The notes beneath the pieces are model-generated. The model made no database searches, had not been told where the DNA came from, and saw only the letters and a list, made by a program, of their open reading frames with translations. The position numbers and the translations under genes are program-made. Positions 1-9,114 of a stretch of 64,000 bases of DNA are shown here, piece after piece. The DNA is from Bacteriovoracia bacterium (GTDB lineage Bacteria > Bdellovibrionota > UBA1018 > CAIPTA01), in the NCBI GenBank assembly GCA_050246755.1, contig JBFWVL010000004.1, forward strand, positions 1 to 64,000, in the 5' to 3' direction. Numbering within the stretch: the first letter of the stretch is position 1; every line of letters starts with the position of its first letter.

Positions 1-3
1 GCG

Positions 4-657
4 GTGGGGGACTTCTTTCTTTTCCGCGGCTACCAGCGCCTCGGATCCGCGCGCACGATCATGGTATTCAGCCTCTCTCCCTTATTCCTCACCCTCGAGG
101 GCTTTTTCTTTTTCGGCCAAGGCCTCAGCCGCTACCAATTTCTCGCCATCCTTCTCATGATGGCTTGCGTATGGACGATCAGCTTCGAAAAATTCCGGGA
201 GCGGGGGGAGTGGGAATGGCACGGAATCCTCTATGCCCTCCTCGGCGTTCTGCTCGATAATGTGGGCGTGGTACTGAGCCGGAGGGCCTTCGATCTTTCT
301 CCCGGCACCAGCGCATTTACCGCCAATGCTGTGCGCTGCGCAGCTGGGATTCTCATTTTGTATCTCTGGCAGCTATGGCGCGGCGACGAGAAGGAGCTGC
401 GCTTTGGCAAGCTCGATTGGCGCGATCGTTCCCTAGTTGTATTCGCCGCCTTCATGGGCACTTTTCTCAGTTTGTCCTGTTGGCTCACCGCCGTGAAAGT
501 GGGGCATATCGGAACCCTGGCGGGCGTGGGATCTTTCAATCCCGTAGCGGCCTCGCTCTGGGAATGGCTGCTGCTGCGGAAGCGGCCCACCATATACCTC
601 GTGGCGGCCCTGGCCCTATTTCTCTGCGGCTTTTTCCTCTTGCTCCATAGAGTCTGA
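4..657 (+). CDS. EamA/DMT family transporter (5' end outside window)
   Basis: Multiple TM helices; SLSPLF and SFNPVAASLWEWLLLRKRP EamA repeat-end motifs. Confidence 0.85.
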   Translation: MGDFFLFRGYQRLGSARTIMVFSLSPLFLTLEGFFFFGQGLSRYQFLAILLMMACVWTISFEKFRERGEWEWHGILYALLGVLLDNVGVVLSRRAFDLSPGTSAFTANAVRCAAGILILYLWQLWRGDEKELRFGKLDWRDRSLVVFAAFMGTFLSLSCWLTAVKVGHIGTLAGVGSFNPVAASLWEWLLLRKRPTIYLVAALALFLCGFFLLLHRV

Positions 658-661
658 AGCC

Positions 662-670
662 TGCTATTCT
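662..670 (+). promoter_or_regulatory. extended -10 (TGcTATTCT) 6 nt before the Smr ATG; probable leaderless promoter
   Basis: TGnTAnnnT match, no SD before ATG 677. Confidence 0.5.
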
Positions 671-676
671 TCCCGA

Positions 677-940
677 ATGGGAAAAAAAGACCAGCCTAAA
701 AATCTGCCTACCCTGGACCTTCACGGCGCCACCACCGACCAAGTGTTCGATCGCATCGACCAATTCCTCCGGCGGGAGGAGAGCAAAGGCACATCCTGCG
801 TGCGCATCCTCCACGGAAAAGGCAGCGGCAAGGTGCAGGAGAAGGCACGGGAATACTGCCGGATTGCACAGCACCAGCCTAAACCCGACGTGGATCCGCA
901 GGGCCGCGCCAATCCCGGCGCCTTTCTCCTCTATCTCTGA
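677..940 (+). CDS. stand-alone Smr/MutS2 C-terminal domain protein
   Basis: LDLHG and ILHGKGSG motifs, GAFLLYL terminal strand. Confidence 0.9.
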   Translation: MGKKDQPKNLPTLDLHGATTDQVFDRIDQFLRREESKGTSCVRILHGKGSGKVQEKAREYCRIAQHQPKPDVDPQGRANPGAFLLYL

Positions 941-957
941 ATTTCCTTTTTTGCGTT

Positions 958-1092
958 ATTTCTCCTAGGAGGATTTTTGATTTCTCCTATGAAAAATTCG
1001 CATTTTTCGGCAGTTTTCACGCTGCGCAGGGGCAAAAAAGATATTTTTTTGAATTTTCCATAGGGAAATATTGGATTTTCCCTATGAGAGAG
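958..1092. repeat. four 18-bp pseudo-palindromes (ATTTYYCMT|AKGRR...) in two pairs with 22-bp period
   Basis: 958 atttctcctaggaggatt; 980 atttctcctatgaaaaat; 1053 attttccatagggaaata; 1075 attttccctatgagagag. Confidence 0.75.
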
Positions 1093-1219
1093 GTTAGCTT
1101 TCTCTGGAGAAATGAAAATTTCTCGAGGGACAATGTAGAAAATTTGCGATTTCGTCTTGAAAAAGCGGAAAAGCGTGTAACACTGAATTCTCAACGAGTT
1201 CACAAGGAGAACTAGAATA

Positions 1220-1540
1220 ATGGCTAAAAAGACCACGAAGAAGACCGCTGCTAAAAAGAAAAAACCCGCTGCTAAGAAAGCCGCTTCCAAGCGCAAGCCT
1301 AACGCTGCCTTCATGAAGCCCATGACCCCCAGCTCTGAATTGGCTGCCATCGTAGGCGCCAAGAGCCTTCCCCGCACCGAAGTTACCAAGAAACTTTGGG
1401 CCTACATCAAGAAGAACAGCCTTCAAGATAAAGTTCAGCGCCGCAACATCCACGCTGACGACAAGCTGAAGCCTATTTTCGGCAAAAAGACCGTGAACAT
1501 GTTCGAAATGACGAAATTGGTGAACAAGCACCTTTCGTAA
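1220..1540 (+). CDS. SWIB/MDM2 domain protein with Lys/Ala-rich histone-like N-tail
   Basis: PSSELAAIVG-PRTEVTKKLWAYIKKNSLQD-MFEMTKLVNKHL; AAGGAG RBS. Confidence 0.95.
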   Translation: MAKKTTKKTAAKKKKPAAKKAASKRKPNAAFMKPMTPSSELAAIVGAKSLPRTEVTKKLWAYIKKNSLQDKVQRRNIHADDKLKPIFGKKTVNMFEMTKLVNKHLS

Positions 1541-1561
1541 TTCGTTCTTTCTACGAAAAGA

Positions 1562-1594
1562 GGCCAGTTCGGGTTTACCGGACTGGCTTTTTTG
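1562..1594 (+). terminator. intrinsic terminator
   Basis: gccagttcgg-gttta-ccggactggc hairpin followed by T tract. Confidence 0.85.
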
Positions 1595-1707
1595 TTTTGG
1601 AGCAGGCCGTTGGCCGGGAAGGCGAGGCCTCTCTCTGTCAGTGCAGGGCAGAAATGATCCTCATAGATTCTTGAATTTGCAGGTAGAAAAATGGGAGGAT
1701 CTTCACG

Positions 1708-2364
1708 ATGACTATTACCATCACCGCCTTTGAACGATCACCCGATGGAGGCAAAGGACTCGCGCGCGATACTCGCGTTCGCTGGGCGCTGGAAGAAGTG
1801 GGCCAGCCTTACGAAGTTCGCCTCGTTTCGTTCAGCGCGATGAGCGAGCCTGCGCATTTGGCACTTCAGCCTTTCGGCCAAATTCCCACCTACGAAGAAG
1901 GTGATCTCGTTCTCTTCGAGTCGGGTGCCATTATTTTCCATATTGCCGAACGCCACCAAGGCCTGTTTCCCCACGACGCCAATGCGCGGGCGCGGGCGAT
2001 CACTTGGCTGTTCGCCGCTCTTAATACCGTGGAGCCTCCGATCCTTGAGCTTGTAACCGCTAAGATTCTAGAAGGCGATAAGCCCTGGAGTGCAGAGCGA
2101 CTACCGCTGGTGGGCGTGCGCATTCGTGATCGCTTGAAACAACTCTCCGCGCGCCTCGGTGCTGCCGATTGGCTCGACGGTGCGTTCAGCGCGGGCGATC
2201 TGATGATGGTGTCGGTGCTGCTTAGGTTAAGGCCTTCCGGCATCCTGAGCGAATTCCCGAGTTTGGCGGCCTATGTTGCGCGTGGCGAAGCGCGTCCGGC
2301 CTATCAGCGTGCTTTTGCCGCGCAATGGGCGGTCAATAATGGCAAAACGCCGGCCCGAGCGTAA
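1708..2364 (+). CDS. glutathione S-transferase family protein
   Basis: RVRWALEE, QPFGQIP, LFESGAI, FSAGD motifs. Confidence 0.95.
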   Translation: MTITITAFERSPDGGKGLARDTRVRWALEEVGQPYEVRLVSFSAMSEPAHLALQPFGQIPTYEEGDLVLFESGAIIFHIAERHQGLFPHDANARARAITWLFAALNTVEPPILELVTAKILEGDKPWSAERLPLVGVRIRDRLKQLSARLGAADWLDGAFSAGDLMMVSVLLRLRPSGILSEFPSLAAYVARGEARPAYQRAFAAQWAVNNGKTPARA

Positions 2365-2457
2365 AAGCCTGGGCTTTTTTTCGCTGGCGCCCCAAATAAC
2401 TAGTGCGCTTCACCATACTTGAATTTGATGCAGCGCTTAGCCGGCGCCGGCGGTAAG

Positions 2458-3438
2458 TTAACTAGGAATCCTGGCTTCCCTATATTCCTTCATCAGCCGC
2501 TCGATGATCTTCGCCGCCGGCAAAATTTCTTCGATCAGGCCCACGCCCTGGCCCGCGCTCCATACTTCCTTCCAGCTCGTGGAAGTGGCGGCGCGCTGGA
2601 GCAGATAGGCTCCCCAGAGCGAACGCGCCATCTTCGTGTACTTCTTCGTGAGATCGTTCTTCATCAGGAATTCTTCGAGCGCGTTGAGCTCGAGGCCCTG
2701 CTTCTTCACGTAGTCGGTATTGATCACCGAGGCGGGGGTGCCGGAGATTTTTTTGGTGAGCACGATGTCTTCCGGTTCCGAGCGCAGTACGGCCTGCTTA
2801 TAGGCATCGTCTACCTTCGCCTCCTTGCTCGCGATGAAGCGCGTGCCGATTTGCACAGCAGAAGCGCCCAGCATCAGGCAAGCCGCCATCTGCGCGCCGG
2901 TGGCCACGCCGCCCGCGGCCACGATGGGAATATTCAAGTGTTTCTTTAAGTAAGGGATTAATACTAGCGGAGAAGTGGGGCCGGCGTGCCCGCCCGCCCC
3001 CGCGCCCACGGCCACCACGCCGTCGGCGCCGAGGTCCTGCACTTTTTTGGCATAGTCGAGGGTGGTTACGTCGCAGAAAACTTTGCCGCCCACGGCGTGC
3101 ATCTTCTTGATCACTTCTTTGGGATTGCCGAGGGAGGTGATCACGAGCGGAACTTTCTCACTCACGCAAACTTCGAGATCAGCGCCCACTCTCATATTGG
3201 ATTTATTCACGATGAGATTCACGGAATAAGGGTTCTTGGTATTTTTCTTCACCTTCCGCACTTCCTCGCGGAAGCCCTCGGTGGAGCGCCAATTCAGGCT
3301 CGGCATCCCGCCCACGCCCCCGGCTTCGCTCACCGCGCTCACGAGCTTTTCGTCGCTCACCAAAAACATCGGCCCGGCGATGATGGGGTACTTGCAGTTC
3401 AAGAGGGTGGTGAAAGGTGTTTTCAGCTGGTTTTCCAT
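2458..3438 (-). CDS. nitronate monooxygenase / FabK-like flavin oxidoreductase
   Basis: YPIIAGPM, AGGHAG, IVAAGG, QIGTRF, WSAGQ motifs. Confidence 0.9.
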   Translation of the reverse strand: MENQLKTPFTTLLNCKYPIIAGPMFLVSDEKLVSAVSEAGGVGGMPSLNWRSTEGFREEVRKVKKNTKNPYSVNLIVNKSNMRVGADLEVCVSEKVPLVITSLGNPKEVIKKMHAVGGKVFCDVTTLDYAKKVQDLGADGVVAVGAGAGGHAGPTSPLVLIPYLKKHLNIPIVAAGGVATGAQMAACLMLGASAVQIGTRFIASKEAKVDDAYKQAVLRSEPEDIVLTKKISGTPASVINTDYVKKQGLELNALEEFLMKNDLTKKYTKMARSLWGAYLLQRAATSTSWKEVWSAGQGVGLIEEILPAAKIIERLMKEYREARIPS

Positions 3439-3466
3439 GCCTCCATGCTAACGTAGGAAGAGGAGG

Positions 3467-4030
3467 TTGCGCATGAAAATCCTGCTCCCGTTTTTGGCCC
3501 TATTGCTGCCCGCGCTGGTTCACGCCGATTCTTTCGAGGGAAAAGTGGTGGCCGTTTCGGATGGGGATACCGTGAAAGTGCTGCGCCCCGACAAAACATT
3601 GGAAAAAATCCGCCTCCTTGGAATTGATGCGCCCGAGAAAAAACAGGACTTTGGCCAAAAATCCAAAACCTTCCTGACCGAAAAAATCGCGGGCCGGCAG
3701 GTGAGAGTGGAATTCAAGAAGCGCGATCGTTACGGCCGCTTGCTGGGAAAAATCTGGAAGGGCTCGGAAGACGTGAATCTCTCCCAGGTAAAGGCCGGCC
3801 TAGCGTGGCACTATAAGCAATACCGCAAAGAGCAAAGCCCCGAGGACGCCGAGGCCTATGCCAAAGCCGAAACCCAGGCCCGCACCGCGCTGACGGGGTT
3901 ATGGGCCGGAGCGGTTCCAACGCCTCCCTGGGAGTTTCGCCAGAATCGTAAGGTGGCGTCTCAATCCGCGCCCAAGCGGCCAAAGCACCTTCCCCGGCAC
4001 GTAAAACGGGCGCGCGTTTCGTCCTGGTAG
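3467..4030 (+). CDS. secreted thermonuclease (SNase family)
   Basis: signal peptide; DGDT, IRLLGIDAPE, DRYGR, GLW motifs. Confidence 0.95.
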   Translation: MRMKILLPFLALLLPALVHADSFEGKVVAVSDGDTVKVLRPDKTLEKIRLLGIDAPEKKQDFGQKSKTFLTEKIAGRQVRVEFKKRDRYGRLLGKIWKGSEDVNLSQVKAGLAWHYKQYRKEQSPEDAEAYAKAETQARTALTGLWAGAVPTPPWEFRQNRKVASQSAPKRPKHLPRHVKRARVSSW

Positions 4031-4042
4031 CCTCCGCGCTAT

Positions 4043-4059
4043 TTGACAATGATTCTCAA
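4043..4059 (+). promoter_or_regulatory. Fur-box-like dyad overlapping a TTGACA -35 of feoAB
   Basis: TTGACAATGATTCTCAA near-palindrome directly upstream of iron uptake genes. Confidence 0.75.
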
Positions 4060-4077
4060 AAAGGATAATTCTCCTAA

Positions 4078-4317
4078 TTGAGGTATTCCGTGAATCTCTT
4101 TGAAGCTCCCTTCCGCCAACCGTTGCGGGTGAGCGCATTAGCCAGCCTGAGTGAGGAAGTACGATTGGTGCTGATCCAGCTCGGCGTGGATAAGGACGAA
4201 TGGATCGAGAAGGTACACGTGGCGCCCCTCGGTGATCCCGTCAGCCTGCGCATTGGGCAGCAGCTTTTTACCCTGCGCAAAGAAATATGCCGGCAGATCG
4301 AAGTGGAGCTCCAATGA
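4078..4317 (+). CDS. feoA: ferrous iron transport protein A
   Basis: LIQLG...APLGDPVSLRI...LRK; overlaps feoB start. Confidence 0.85.
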   Translation: MRYSVNLFEAPFRQPLRVSALASLSEEVRLVLIQLGVDKDEWIEKVHVAPLGDPVSLRIGQQLFTLRKEICRQIEVELQ

Positions 4318-6290
4318 GGGAAGTGATCCTCGCTGGCCGCCCTAATTCGGGCAAAAGCACTCTCTTCAATCGTCTCGCTTCCGCGAACCAAAAAGTGGGC
4401 AACTACGCGGGCTGCACGGTGGAGAAGAAAACCGCCACGGTGATCACGGATGAGAGCGAGTCTTTTGAGATCACGGATCTGCCCGGGCTCTATTCCATCA
4501 AACCCAATTCCATCGACGAAGAAGTGGCCTTGAAGCACCTCGAGCAGAGCCGGGATTCCAGCCGCGTGGTCTTCGTGCTCGACGGAAATAACCTCGAGCA
4601 GGAACTGGTTCTGCCGCTCGTGCTGAAAAAGCGCGGGTTCCATCTCGCCATTGCCGTGAACATGATGGACGAGGTGCGCGCCAATAAGAAAATCCTGAAC
4701 CTCGCCGGGATGCACGATCTCGCCGGAATTCCCTTCTTTCCCGTTTCGGCCAAGACCGGAGAAGGCGTGCCGGCGCTGAAGCATTTTTTGGCGCGCGATG
4801 GGAAGCGGGAGTTTTCTGCCGAAGATTCGCGCCGCAGTGCCGAGCTTTCTAGTCACGAGATCACCGAGCTCCATCGTGGGGCGAAAAGCGAGGCCCGCAG
4901 ATTAAACGCGCTGAATGAAGGTCCTAGGGGAAATGCGTTGCTCGCGCGCGATTTGAAATTCGATTCCATCCTGCTCCACCCCGTTTCCGGCCCGGTGATT
5001 TTTCTCGGGGCCATGTTCGTATTGTTCCAATCGATTTTTACCTGGGCGGCACCGCTTTCGGATTGGATCGAGATGGGGGTGGGGGCGCTCCAGGATTTAG
5101 TGAATAACGCGTTCGGTGCGGGCCTCGCGGCTTCCCTGCTTTCCGACGGAGTGCTCGCCGGCGTAGGCTCCGTGCTCGTGTTCGTGCCTCAGATCGCAAT
5201 TCTCTTTCTGCTCATCGGGGTGCTCGAGTATACGGGCTACCTTCCCCGCGTGGCCTATATGGTGGACCGCCTGATGAAACCCTACGGGCTCGACGGGAAG
5301 GTTTTCATCCCGCTGCTCTCCTCGGTGGCCTGCGCCGTGCCGGGGATCATGGCCACGCGTACGATCGAGAGCGAGCGCACGCGGATCATCACCATCATGA
5401 TCTCTCCGCTCATGACGTGCTCGGCCCGCCTGCCGGTGTATACCCTCCTCATCGCCACGTTTATTCCGCAGCGCTACTATGGGCCCTTCAGCTTGCCCGG
5501 CCTGGTGATGTTCGGGATGTATATGCTCGCGGTGGTGGTGGCCCTCTTGGTTGCGCTCTTTTTGCACAAAATGCATTTTCAGAACCGCCGCCACGTTTTG
5601 GATTTCATTCACCTCCCGCACTACCGCATGCCCAACTGGCCGGAACTTTTCCGCTACGTATGGATCCGCGTGTATTCCTTTTTACGGAAGGCCGGCACCA
5701 TCATTGCCGGCATGTCTATCCTGCTCTGGGTGCTTCTGAGCTTTCCGCGCGTGGATACGACGCATCCCGAGCTGATCCAGCAAAAATCCGCGATTGAAGC
5801 GAGTGCCTCGCTTTCTCCCGAGCACAAAGGCGCTCAGCTCACCGAAATCGAATCTCAATTGGCTTCGCTTCAGCTCTCGGAAAGCATTGGGGGGCGCTTG
5901 GGAAAAACCCTGGAGCCCGTGTTTCGCCCGATCGGGTACGACTGGAAACTCACGATCGGTATCCTGGCTTCGCTCGCCGCGCGGGAAGTATTCGTGGCCA
6001 CTATGGGAACGGTATTCGCGCTGGGCTCCGTGGATGAAAATTCCCAAGGCCTGGCGAAAGTTTTACGGGAAAGCAAAGACGCTTCCGGCGCTCCCGCCTA
6101 TACGATTGCGACCTGTTTGAGCTTGCTGGTGTTTTTTGCTTTCTCGCTCCAATGTGTTTCCACCATCGGGGTGGCCCGGCGGGAAACCAATTCCTGGAAA
6201 ATTCCGGCCGTGATGTTTTTGTATATGTTCGCGCTCGCCTACGGCGCGGCCTTTATCGCGTTTTGGGTAGGGAAAGCATTTTTCCTCTAG
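4314..6290 (+). CDS. feoB: ferrous iron transport protein B
   Basis: GRPNSGKS, NYAGCTVE, DLPG, NMMD GTPase motifs; CSARLP; ATG 4314 overlapping feoA stop. Confidence 0.97.
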   Translation: MREVILAGRPNSGKSTLFNRLASANQKVGNYAGCTVEKKTATVITDESESFEITDLPGLYSIKPNSIDEEVALKHLEQSRDSSRVVFVLDGNNLEQELVLPLVLKKRGFHLAIAVNMMDEVRANKKILNLAGMHDLAGIPFFPVSAKTGEGVPALKHFLARDGKREFSAEDSRRSAELSSHEITELHRGAKSEARRLNALNEGPRGNALLARDLKFDSILLHPVSGPVIFLGAMFVLFQSIFTWAAPLSDWIEMGVGALQDLVNNAFGAGLAASLLSDGVLAGVGSVLVFVPQIAILFLLIGVLEYTGYLPRVAYMVDRLMKPYGLDGKVFIPLLSSVACAVPGIMATRTIESERTRIITIMISPLMTCSARLPVYTLLIATFIPQRYYGPFSLPGLVMFGMYMLAVVVALLVALFLHKMHFQNRRHVLDFIHLPHYRMPNWPELFRYVWIRVYSFLRKAGTIIAGMSILLWVLLSFPRVDTTHPELIQQKSAIEASASLSPEHKGAQLTEIESQLASLQLSESIGGRLGKTLEPVFRPIGYDWKLTIGILASLAAREVFVATMGTVFALGSVDENSQGLAKVLRESKDASGAPAYTIATCLSLLVFFAFSLQCVSTIGVARRETNSWKIPAVMFLYMFALAYGAAFIAFWVGKAFFL

Positions 6291-6334
6291 TGGGCCGATA
6301 GTTATTTGATTTCAATGACTTGCCGATAGTTCCT

Positions 6335-6361
6335 TAAGGTTTTCCGCTCGCCTGCCGATAG
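6335..6361 (+). promoter_or_regulatory. sigma28 (FliA)-type promoter
   Basis: TAAGGTTT-N11-GCCGATAG; extra GCCGATAG copies at 6294 and 6322. Confidence 0.7.
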
Positions 6362-6366
6362 GTGGA

Positions 6367-6867
6367 GTGATGAATGCCTTTAAATATTCCATCGCCGTTG
6401 TGATTCCTATTCTCTGCTTTGCGTTTGGCATTTATTTCCAGTCGTATATGCCGGATTCCACCCGCGAGATCGCCTCCTTCGGGCTCGCCCAGGGAAGAAG
6501 CGTAGCGAACACCAAGGTGGACGTGAAGGTTTCTTCCGCGCTCCGCGATTGCCTCAACGATCAGGTGAAAGACAATAAGATGGCGCTCAATAAATCGGGC
6601 GTGGATGGCCGCAACTGGGCCATCGTGAGCGTGAATTGCATCGACGATAAAGCCAAGGCCCTCTACGATGCCGTGCAGGGTTACTCGAGCGAGCAGTACG
6701 TGCGCTACAGCGATGGGCGTCGTGGCGTGGGACGTTTCTTCGGCCGCCTTTATCCGCCTAGTCAGTGCGTGCGCGTGATCGCCCGCAAAGGTTCCGAGGC
6801 GAATTTTTATAGCTGCCGGATTTTCATCGATCTCGATTACGATCTCATCCAAAACCTGAAGCTCTAA
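6367..6867 (+). CDS. hypothetical exported/membrane-anchored protein
   Basis: N-terminal hydrophobic segment, 4 Cys in soluble part. Confidence 0.75.
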   Translation: MMNAFKYSIAVVIPILCFAFGIYFQSYMPDSTREIASFGLAQGRSVANTKVDVKVSSALRDCLNDQVKDNKMALNKSGVDGRNWAIVSVNCIDDKAKALYDAVQGYSSEQYVRYSDGRRGVGRFFGRLYPPSQCVRVIARKGSEANFYSCRIFIDLDYDLIQNLKL

Positions 6868-6870
6868 TGT

Positions 6871-7554
6871 ATGAAAACCCTGCTGCTCCTGCTCTCGCTA
6901 TTGCCGGTGCACGCATTCGCGGCGGACAGCTGCGCCGAGCGCGGCTTCAAGCTCAAGGGTAAAGCCAAAGAACAAGTGGAACGCTACGATTCCTTCGTGC
7001 TTTCGCTGAAGGGAAAATATTCCCGCAAAGAAATCCAGGCTTTCGTGGAGAAGCATGGGCTACCTTTCAACGCCGAGATCAAAAAGGGCGGAGTGAAGGG
7101 CCTCGACGGCTGGCTCGAGATGGATGGGATGGGTGGGGGCCGCGATGCCGCCATTTTTCTGAAGAAAGTGAAGCTCGACGAGAAGTCTGGACTGGGCTTA
7201 GACGACGTTTTCCTATTTTCCTCCGGTGCAGAGAAAAAGCCCCTCTATTCCTGGAAAGTTCCCTTCAATAATTTCTACCCGGCCGGCCTCGATGGCGACG
7301 AGATCATTTATCATTCTTCCCTCTACGCGTTTTGCCGCGAAAGCGACTCCGTGGAGATCATGATCGCGTTGAGGCCCGACGGATCGTTCCGCGTGATCGA
7401 CTGGCCTAAAGATATGGTGCTGAAGGATTTACCGCCCGGAAAATGCCAGGCCAAGAAACTGTTTACCAAATCGAATTACGCCACTTGCGTGGAAATTCTC
7501 GATAAAAAATCTAAGCAGAAGAAGGTGCTCGTGTTCGAGCAGCCGCTGAACTGA
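6871..7554 (+). CDS. hypothetical secreted protein
   Basis: MKTLLLLLSLLPVHAFA signal peptide. Confidence 0.8.
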   Translation: MKTLLLLLSLLPVHAFAADSCAERGFKLKGKAKEQVERYDSFVLSLKGKYSRKEIQAFVEKHGLPFNAEIKKGGVKGLDGWLEMDGMGGGRDAAIFLKKVKLDEKSGLGLDDVFLFSSGAEKKPLYSWKVPFNNFYPAGLDGDEIIYHSSLYAFCRESDSVEIMIALRPDGSFRVIDWPKDMVLKDLPPGKCQAKKLFTKSNYATCVEILDKKSKQKKVLVFEQPLN

Positions 7555-7557
7555 GGC

Positions 7558-9105
7558 TTAGGTTTCCGGCTTCCATTCTACGCGTGGAAATAAGGGCTCG
7601 CCTTTTTGGATGGGCGTCCCCGGGGCAATGGCGCGAACCTTTTTTGCGTCCGCAAAGGCGGGGGCCTTATTCCAGCCGAGGGTCTTCAGCATCAGCTCGC
7701 ACTTCGTGGGCATTACGGGCGAAAGCAGGATTCCCGAGATACGCAGGATTTCCATGCAGCAACCGAGGGTTTCGGCGGCGGCGGGAAGATCGGTCTTCAC
7801 TTGCTTCCAGGGGGCGCGGTCACCAATGTATTTATTCGTTTCGCCGAGCAGGTCGAGCACCAGCACCACGGCTTTTTGCGGCTCGAGCGCGAGGATGGAT
7901 GCCTTCACCTGTTCGGCGAGGCCTTCTGCGCGCGCGAGGATGGCGGCCGTTTCGGGAGCGGGGGACCGTGTCCATTCCGGCGCCCCGCCAGTAAAGTTTT
8001 TCTCCACCAAATTAGTAACGCGCGAGAGCAGATTGCCTAAATTGTTGGCCAGGTCGCTATTCACGCGGCTCACCACGAGCTCCGGCGAGAAAGCCGCGTC
8101 GTTGCCAAAAGAAATATCGCGAGTGAGGAAGTAGCGCAGGCCATCGATGCCCACGATGTCTTTCATCTCGAGCGGCTTCACCGCGTTGCCCTTGGATTTG
8201 CTCATCTTGTCGCCGTCGGCGGCTAGCCACCATCCGTGGGCGAAAATGGTTTTCGGCAAAGCGGCGCCGAGGGCCATCAACATGGTAGGCCAGTATACGG
8301 CGTGGGTGGTGAGGATATCTTTGCCCACGAGGTGCACCGCGCGGGTTTTTTCCCACCACTTGTCGAACTCGGCTTCTTTGCCCGCCTGCTGGTAGCCCAC
8401 GCCGGTGGCATAGTTGAGCAGGGCATCGAACCAAACGTAGGTCACGTAGTCTTTATCGAAGGGCAACTCGATTCCCCACGAGAGCCGGGCTTTGGGGCGG
8501 GAGATGCAAAGGTCGTGCAGGGGCTTTTTCAAAAATCCCAATACTTCATTTTTGCGGTATTCCGGCTGGATGAAATCGGGATTCTTCTCGATGTGAGCGA
8601 TCAAGCGCTCCTGGTATTTTCCCATGCGGAAGAAATAATTTTTTTCTTTAATCGGCACCACTTCGTTGCCGAAGGGGGTTTTCCCGCCCACGAGGTCTTT
8701 TTCGGTATAGAAAATCTCTTCGCTCACCGAATAGAGGCCTTCGTAATCCTCGGCATAAATTTCGCCGGCTTTATAGAGCTGGTCTAGGCAGGCCTGCACG
8801 GCCTTCTTGTGGAAATCGTCGCTGGTGCGGAAGAATATATCGTACTGAATGCCAAGCTCGGCCCAGATTTTTTTCCAGTTTACCTGCATGTCGTCGCAAT
8901 GAGCCTGGGGATCCATTCCCCGCTTGGCAGCGGCGGCCTGCACTTTTTGCCCATGCTCATCCACGCCGGTGAGAAATTTTACCTCGTGTCCAAAAAGCCG
9001 GTGGAAACGGGTGATCACGTCTGCCGCCACGGTGGTATAGGCGTGGCCGATATGCGGGAGGTCGTTCACGTAGTAGATGGGAGTGGTGAGATAAAAACGG
9101 TCCAT
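7558..9105 (-). CDS. metG: methionine--tRNA ligase (short form)
   Basis: HIGH, YVWFDAL, KMSKS motifs. Confidence 0.98.
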   Translation of the reverse strand: MDRFYLTTPIYYVNDLPHIGHAYTTVAADVITRFHRLFGHEVKFLTGVDEHGQKVQAAAAKRGMDPQAHCDDMQVNWKKIWAELGIQYDIFFRTSDDFHKKAVQACLDQLYKAGEIYAEDYEGLYSVSEEIFYTEKDLVGGKTPFGNEVVPIKEKNYFFRMGKYQERLIAHIEKNPDFIQPEYRKNEVLGFLKKPLHDLCISRPKARLSWGIELPFDKDYVTYVWFDALLNYATGVGYQQAGKEAEFDKWWEKTRAVHLVGKDILTTHAVYWPTMLMALGAALPKTIFAHGWWLAADGDKMSKSKGNAVKPLEMKDIVGIDGLRYFLTRDISFGNDAAFSPELVVSRVNSDLANNLGNLLSRVTNLVEKNFTGGAPEWTRSPAPETAAILARAEGLAEQVKASILALEPQKAVVLVLDLLGETNKYIGDRAPWKQVKTDLPAAAETLGCCMEILRISGILLSPVMPTKCELMLKTLGWNKAPAFADAKKVRAIAPGTPIQKGEPLFPRVEWKPET

Positions 9106-9114
9106 GCCGCTAGC

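Noticed and set aside
958-1130. CRISPR array or oriC interpretation of the repeats
   Set aside because: Repeats are degenerate with 4-bp gaps and no unique spacers; no cas genes and no DnaA-box cluster
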